Source: Verrucomicrobiota bacterium (GTDB lineage: Bacteria; Verrucomicrobiota; Verrucomicrobiia; Methylacidiphilales; Verrucolacustridaceae). From it: a stretch of 51,343 nt of DNA. The position numbers were made by a program, and so were the translations under genes. Each line of letters opens with the position of its first letter. Within the stretch, counting starts at the first letter, position 1. This document shows positions 47,947 through 51,343 of this stretch, in pieces. Under the pieces are notes generated by a model, which ran no database searches, was not told the DNA's origin, and saw only the letters and a list, made by a program, of their open reading frames with translations. The stretch spans positions 1-51,343 of the forward strand of contig VHDM01000001.1 of NCBI GenBank assembly GCA_016876055.1, in the 5' to 3' direction.

Positions 47947-49206
47947 TCAGCCGCCGGCGGTGAGATCCTGGATAATGGTGATGAGCGGCAGGAAAAGGGC
48001 CACCACGATGGTGCCGACAATCAGCGCGAGCAGCACGATCATGACTGGTTCCAGCAGCGAAGTGAGGCCGGCCACGGCGACATCCACCTCCTCCTCAAAA
48101 ACATCGGCCACCTTGGTGAGCATGTCCGGCAACTGCCCGGTCTCCTCACCGACCTGCACCATGGAAACCACCATCGGGGGAAAGATCTGGCTGGCTTCCA
48201 TGGGAGCCACCATGGATTCGCCCTCTTTGACGTTATCATGGATGTTTTCGATCGCGGCACCGACGCGCTCGTTTCCGGCGGTGTCCCGCGTGATCTGGAG
48301 CGCCTGCAGGATCGGCACGCCCGAGGAAACCAAGGTTCCCAGGGTTCGGCTAAAACGGGCCACGGAGGTCTTGGTGAGCATGTCCCCAAAGAGGGGAAGC
48401 TTCAGTTTGTAACTATCCACGGCGGCAGAGATTCCCGGCAGCCGCAGGGCAAACCGCATGGCAACCACCAGGACGATCAGGAGCCCGGCGATGAGCAGGA
48501 AGTTGCCCTGAATGAACCGGCTGAGATCCATGATGATCTGGGTGATCGCCGGCAGGGGCCGGCCGCCGAGCATGTCCTTAAAAATTGCCTCGAACTTCGG
48601 CACGATGAAAAGCATCAGAAACGTGACGATGCCCACCGCAATGGTCAACACCACGGCGGGATAGACCATCGCCGAGGTCACCTTGCCCCGGATCCGCTGG
48701 CTCTTTTCGGCAAACTCCGCCAGGCGGGTCAGCACGATTTCGAGCACGCCGCCCAATTCTCCCGCTTTGACCATGTTCACATAGAGTTTATTGAAGGCCT
48801 TGGGGTGTTGGGCCAGAGCCTCGGAGAAGGTGGTGCCGCCTTCCACGGACTCAGCAAGAATCCCCATGATTTTTTTTAAGTTTTGGTTTTTCTCCTGCTT
48901 GCTCAGTGTCCGCAAGCTCCGGAGCAGGGGCAGGCCCGCGCTGATCAAGGTGGACAGTTGCCGGGTGAACACCGTCAGCACCTTGGCGGGCACTTTGCCG
49001 GTGCCCGTTCCTCCTCCCAAAGAAAAACTCAAGGAGAACCCTTTGCCCTTGGCCTTGCCGGCGGCGGCGGTGGTCTCGGCAAGGTTGGTGGGAAAGCGGC
49101 CCTGCTTTTTAATGGCGGCGCCGGCCTCCGCCGCGCTATTGGCCTCGACGGTGCCCTGGTGGGTTTTTCCCTGCGCGTCGACTGCGGTGAAGGCAAAGAG
49201 GGGCAT
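47947..49206 (-). CDS. pilC: Type IV pilus / T2SS inner-membrane platform protein (PilC/GspF)
   Basis: FTRQLSTLISAGLPL, AGELGG, GEETGQL and LLEP. Confidence 0.93.
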   Translation of the reverse strand: MPLFAFTAVDAQGKTHQGTVEANSAAEAGAAIKKQGRFPTNLAETTAAAGKAKGKGFSLSFSLGGGTGTGKVPAKVLTVFTRQLSTLISAGLPLLRSLRTLSKQEKNQNLKKIMGILAESVEGGTTFSEALAQHPKAFNKLYVNMVKAGELGGVLEIVLTRLAEFAEKSQRIRGKVTSAMVYPAVVLTIAVGIVTFLMLFIVPKFEAIFKDMLGGRPLPAITQIIMDLSRFIQGNFLLIAGLLIVLVVAMRFALRLPGISAAVDSYKLKLPLFGDMLTKTSVARFSRTLGTLVSSGVPILQALQITRDTAGNERVGAAIENIHDNVKEGESMVAPMEASQIFPPMVVSMVQVGEETGQLPDMLTKVADVFEEEVDVAVAGLTSLLEPVMIVLLALIVGTIVVALFLPLITIIQDLTAGG

Positions 49207-49211
49207 GCGCT

Positions 49212-50888
49212 TTAGGTGTATTTGAGAACCTCCTCAAGGGTGGTGTGGCCCTCAAGGATGTTGCGGATGCCGTCTTGCCGGAGAGTGCTCATGCCCAACT
49301 CAATTCCTTTCTGGCGGATCACGACCGACGGTGCACGCTCATTGATGAGCTGCCGAATCGGCTCCCGGATATCCAGCAGTTCGTAAATGCCCACCCGGCC
49401 ACGGTATCCCGTGCCGTTGCAGGCTTCGCAGCCCTTGCCGAAATAAAAGGGACGGTCGCCGACCTCCGAAGGCGTCAGGCCCACCTGTGCCAGCACCTCC
49501 TCCTTGGGCCGGAATGGCGTCCGGCAATCCTTGCAGATCCGGCGCAACAACCGTTGGGCCAGGATACCCTCCATGGTGGCGGCCATCAGGAACGGTTCCA
49601 CGCCCATATCGAGCAACCGGGTCACCGCCCCGGCGGCGTCGTTGGTGTGCAGGCTGGTCATCACCAAGTGCCCGGTCAGGCTGGCCTGGATGGCGATCTG
49701 GGCCGTCTCCAGGTCGCGCGTCTCGCCCACCAAAATCTTGTCGGGATCCTGCCGGAGGAAGGCGCGGAGGGCGCGGGCGAAGGACAGACCGATGCCCTCG
49801 TTGGCGGGGACCTGGATGATGCCCTCGAGTTCGTACTCCACCGGGTCCTCCACGGTGAGGATTTTGGTGTCGATCAGGTTGATCCGGTTGAGGCAGGCAT
49901 AGAGCGTGGTCGTCTTGCCGGAACCGGTCGGGCCGGTGACGATAAAAATTCCGTTGGGTTTTTCCACCGTTTCGCAGATGTAGTCATAGATCGGCTTGGG
50001 AATACCCAGTTTCTCCAAATCCAGATTGACCACGGAGCGATCCAGCACCCGGAGCACCACGCTCTCCCCGTATTGGGTGGGCAGGGTGGAGACGCGCAAA
50101 TCCACGTTCCGACCTCCCAGAATCGTCTGGATCCGGCCGTCTTGCGGCACCCGCCGTTCCGCAATGTTCAGATTGGCCATCACTTTGATCCGCGAGGTGA
50201 CCGGTGTGGCCAACCGCCGGGGTGGGGGAGCCATTTCGTAAAGTGCGCCGTCCACCCGGTAGCGGATTTTGAATTCTTTTTCGAACGGCTCGAAGTGGAT
50301 GTCGCTGGCCTTGGCCTGGATGGCGCGGGCGATCACCGTATTGACGTATTTCACGATCGGGGCGCTTCCCGACTCGGCCAGATTCACGCCCTCCGTTTCT
50401 AGGGCGGCCTCCGGAGTTTTCTCCAGCTCGCTGATCAACTCCTCGATGTTGGTCTCGGCGGAGCCGTAATAACGCTCCACGAGGGGTTGAATTTGCTCCG
50501 GCGGGGCCACCACTTGCACCACCTCCATCCCTGCGGCGAAGCGGAGATCCTCGATGGCCTGGGGGGAAAGGGGATCGAGCAGCGCCACCGTCAGGGTCAG
50601 GCCGTCGGTGGCCACGGGAAGCGCCCCAAGATTACGGGCGGTATGGGGAGGGATTTTTGCCAGCAGCTCGGGGCTAAATTCCACGCCTTGAAGGTCGGGG
50701 ATCAGCGGAAGGCCCAGGCTGTCGGAAATTTTTTCCAAAATCTGAGGCCTGGGGAGAATTCCGAAGTTGCTCAGGATGGTTTCGACCGGCTTGCCGGTGC
50801 GGTTGACTTCCTCGGAAATTTCCCGGGACTGCTCGGACGTGAGCAGGTGCTGCTCTTCCAAGAAAGGGAGAAGATAACGCGGATCCAT
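49212..50888 (-). CDS. pilB: Type IV pilus / T2SS assembly ATPase (PilB/GspE)
   Basis: ASDIHFEP, GPTGSGKTT, EDPVEY, LRQDPD, GHLVMTSLH and two CxxC pairs. Confidence 0.93.
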   Translation of the reverse strand: MDPRYLLPFLEEQHLLTSEQSREISEEVNRTGKPVETILSNFGILPRPQILEKISDSLGLPLIPDLQGVEFSPELLAKIPPHTARNLGALPVATDGLTLTVALLDPLSPQAIEDLRFAAGMEVVQVVAPPEQIQPLVERYYGSAETNIEELISELEKTPEAALETEGVNLAESGSAPIVKYVNTVIARAIQAKASDIHFEPFEKEFKIRYRVDGALYEMAPPPRRLATPVTSRIKVMANLNIAERRVPQDGRIQTILGGRNVDLRVSTLPTQYGESVVLRVLDRSVVNLDLEKLGIPKPIYDYICETVEKPNGIFIVTGPTGSGKTTTLYACLNRINLIDTKILTVEDPVEYELEGIIQVPANEGIGLSFARALRAFLRQDPDKILVGETRDLETAQIAIQASLTGHLVMTSLHTNDAAGAVTRLLDMGVEPFLMAATMEGILAQRLLRRICKDCRTPFRPKEEVLAQVGLTPSEVGDRPFYFGKGCEACNGTGYRGRVGIYELLDIREPIRQLINERAPSVVIRQKGIELGMSTLRQDGIRNILEGHTTLEEVLKYT

Positions 50889-50891
50889 GGG

Positions 50892-51343
50892 CTACTCCTT
50901 ATCCATCATGGTCGCGGAGATCACTTCCTCCGGGGTGGTCATGCCGGAGGCCACCTTCCGGATGCCGTCCTCGCGCAAGGTCCGCATGCCCAGATCCCGT
51001 GCCCGCTGCCGGATCTTCGAGACCGGCGCGTTTTCATTGATGAGGTGCCGGATCTCGTCGTTGACCGTGAAAATCTCAAAAATGCCGGCCCGGCCGCGAT
51101 AGCCCGTGCCGCGGCAGCGATCACAGCCCCGGCCTTTGGCGAACCGGGCCTCGGCCAGGCTGGCCGCCGTCAGGTTGAGGGCGCGCAGTTCCGCCTCGGT
51201 CGGCGTGTAAGGCTCTTTGCAATCCGGGCAAATTTTGCGGATCAGGCGCTGCGCCAGGACGGCCCGGATGGAGGAGGAGACCAAAAACGGCTTCACGCCC
51301 ATGTCCACCAGCCGGGTGATTGCACTGGGCGCGTCGTTGGTGT
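50892..51343 (-). CDS. Second PilB/GspE ATPase, C-terminal part (5' end outside the window)
   Basis: TNDAPSAITRLVDMGV, AQRLIRKICPDC and GCDRCRGTGYRGR. Confidence 0.9.
   Translation of the reverse strand, partial: TNDAPSAITRLVDMGVKPFLVSSSIRAVLAQRLIRKICPDCKEPYTPTEAELRALNLTAASLAEARFAKGRGCDRCRGTGYRGRAGIFEIFTVNDEIRHLINENAPVSKIRQRARDLGMRTLREDGIRKVASGMTTPEEVISATMMDKE

Overview
A GC-rich, gene-dense bacterial chromosome segment with about 45 CDS and 6 tRNAs. I found no integrase, transposase or CRISPR array. The gene mix (DUF5069, a PUR-repeat protein, tandem PilB/GspE paralogues, SWIM-SNF2) suggests Verrucomicrobiota; this is inference only. Most of the window is housekeeping: cbpA-cbpM, mazG, udgB, glpX, rlmN, pdxJ-acpS-nnr, hisC-tyrA-aroA-cmk-plsC, rpoN, cca and pilB-pilB-pilC. 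The most unusual items are: (1) a secreted WG-repeat protein with two inserted lipoyl-fold domains that lack the lipoyl-lysine; (2) a solute-symporter-like membrane protein fused to an enediyne-type hot-dog thioesterase, directly behind tRNA-Gly; (3) a stand-alone family-A DNA polymerase with no exonuclease domain, next to a SWIM-SNF2 ATPase; (4) a DTE/Met105 proteorhodopsin with the carotenoid-antenna fenestration glycine, plus blh; (5) a four-repeat putative DNA-binding protein; (6) a degenerate PurE paralogue; (7) a tRNA-Gly with an A73 discriminator; (8) a recurring leaderless-promoter pattern. All family calls come from reading motifs by eye; no database search was run.
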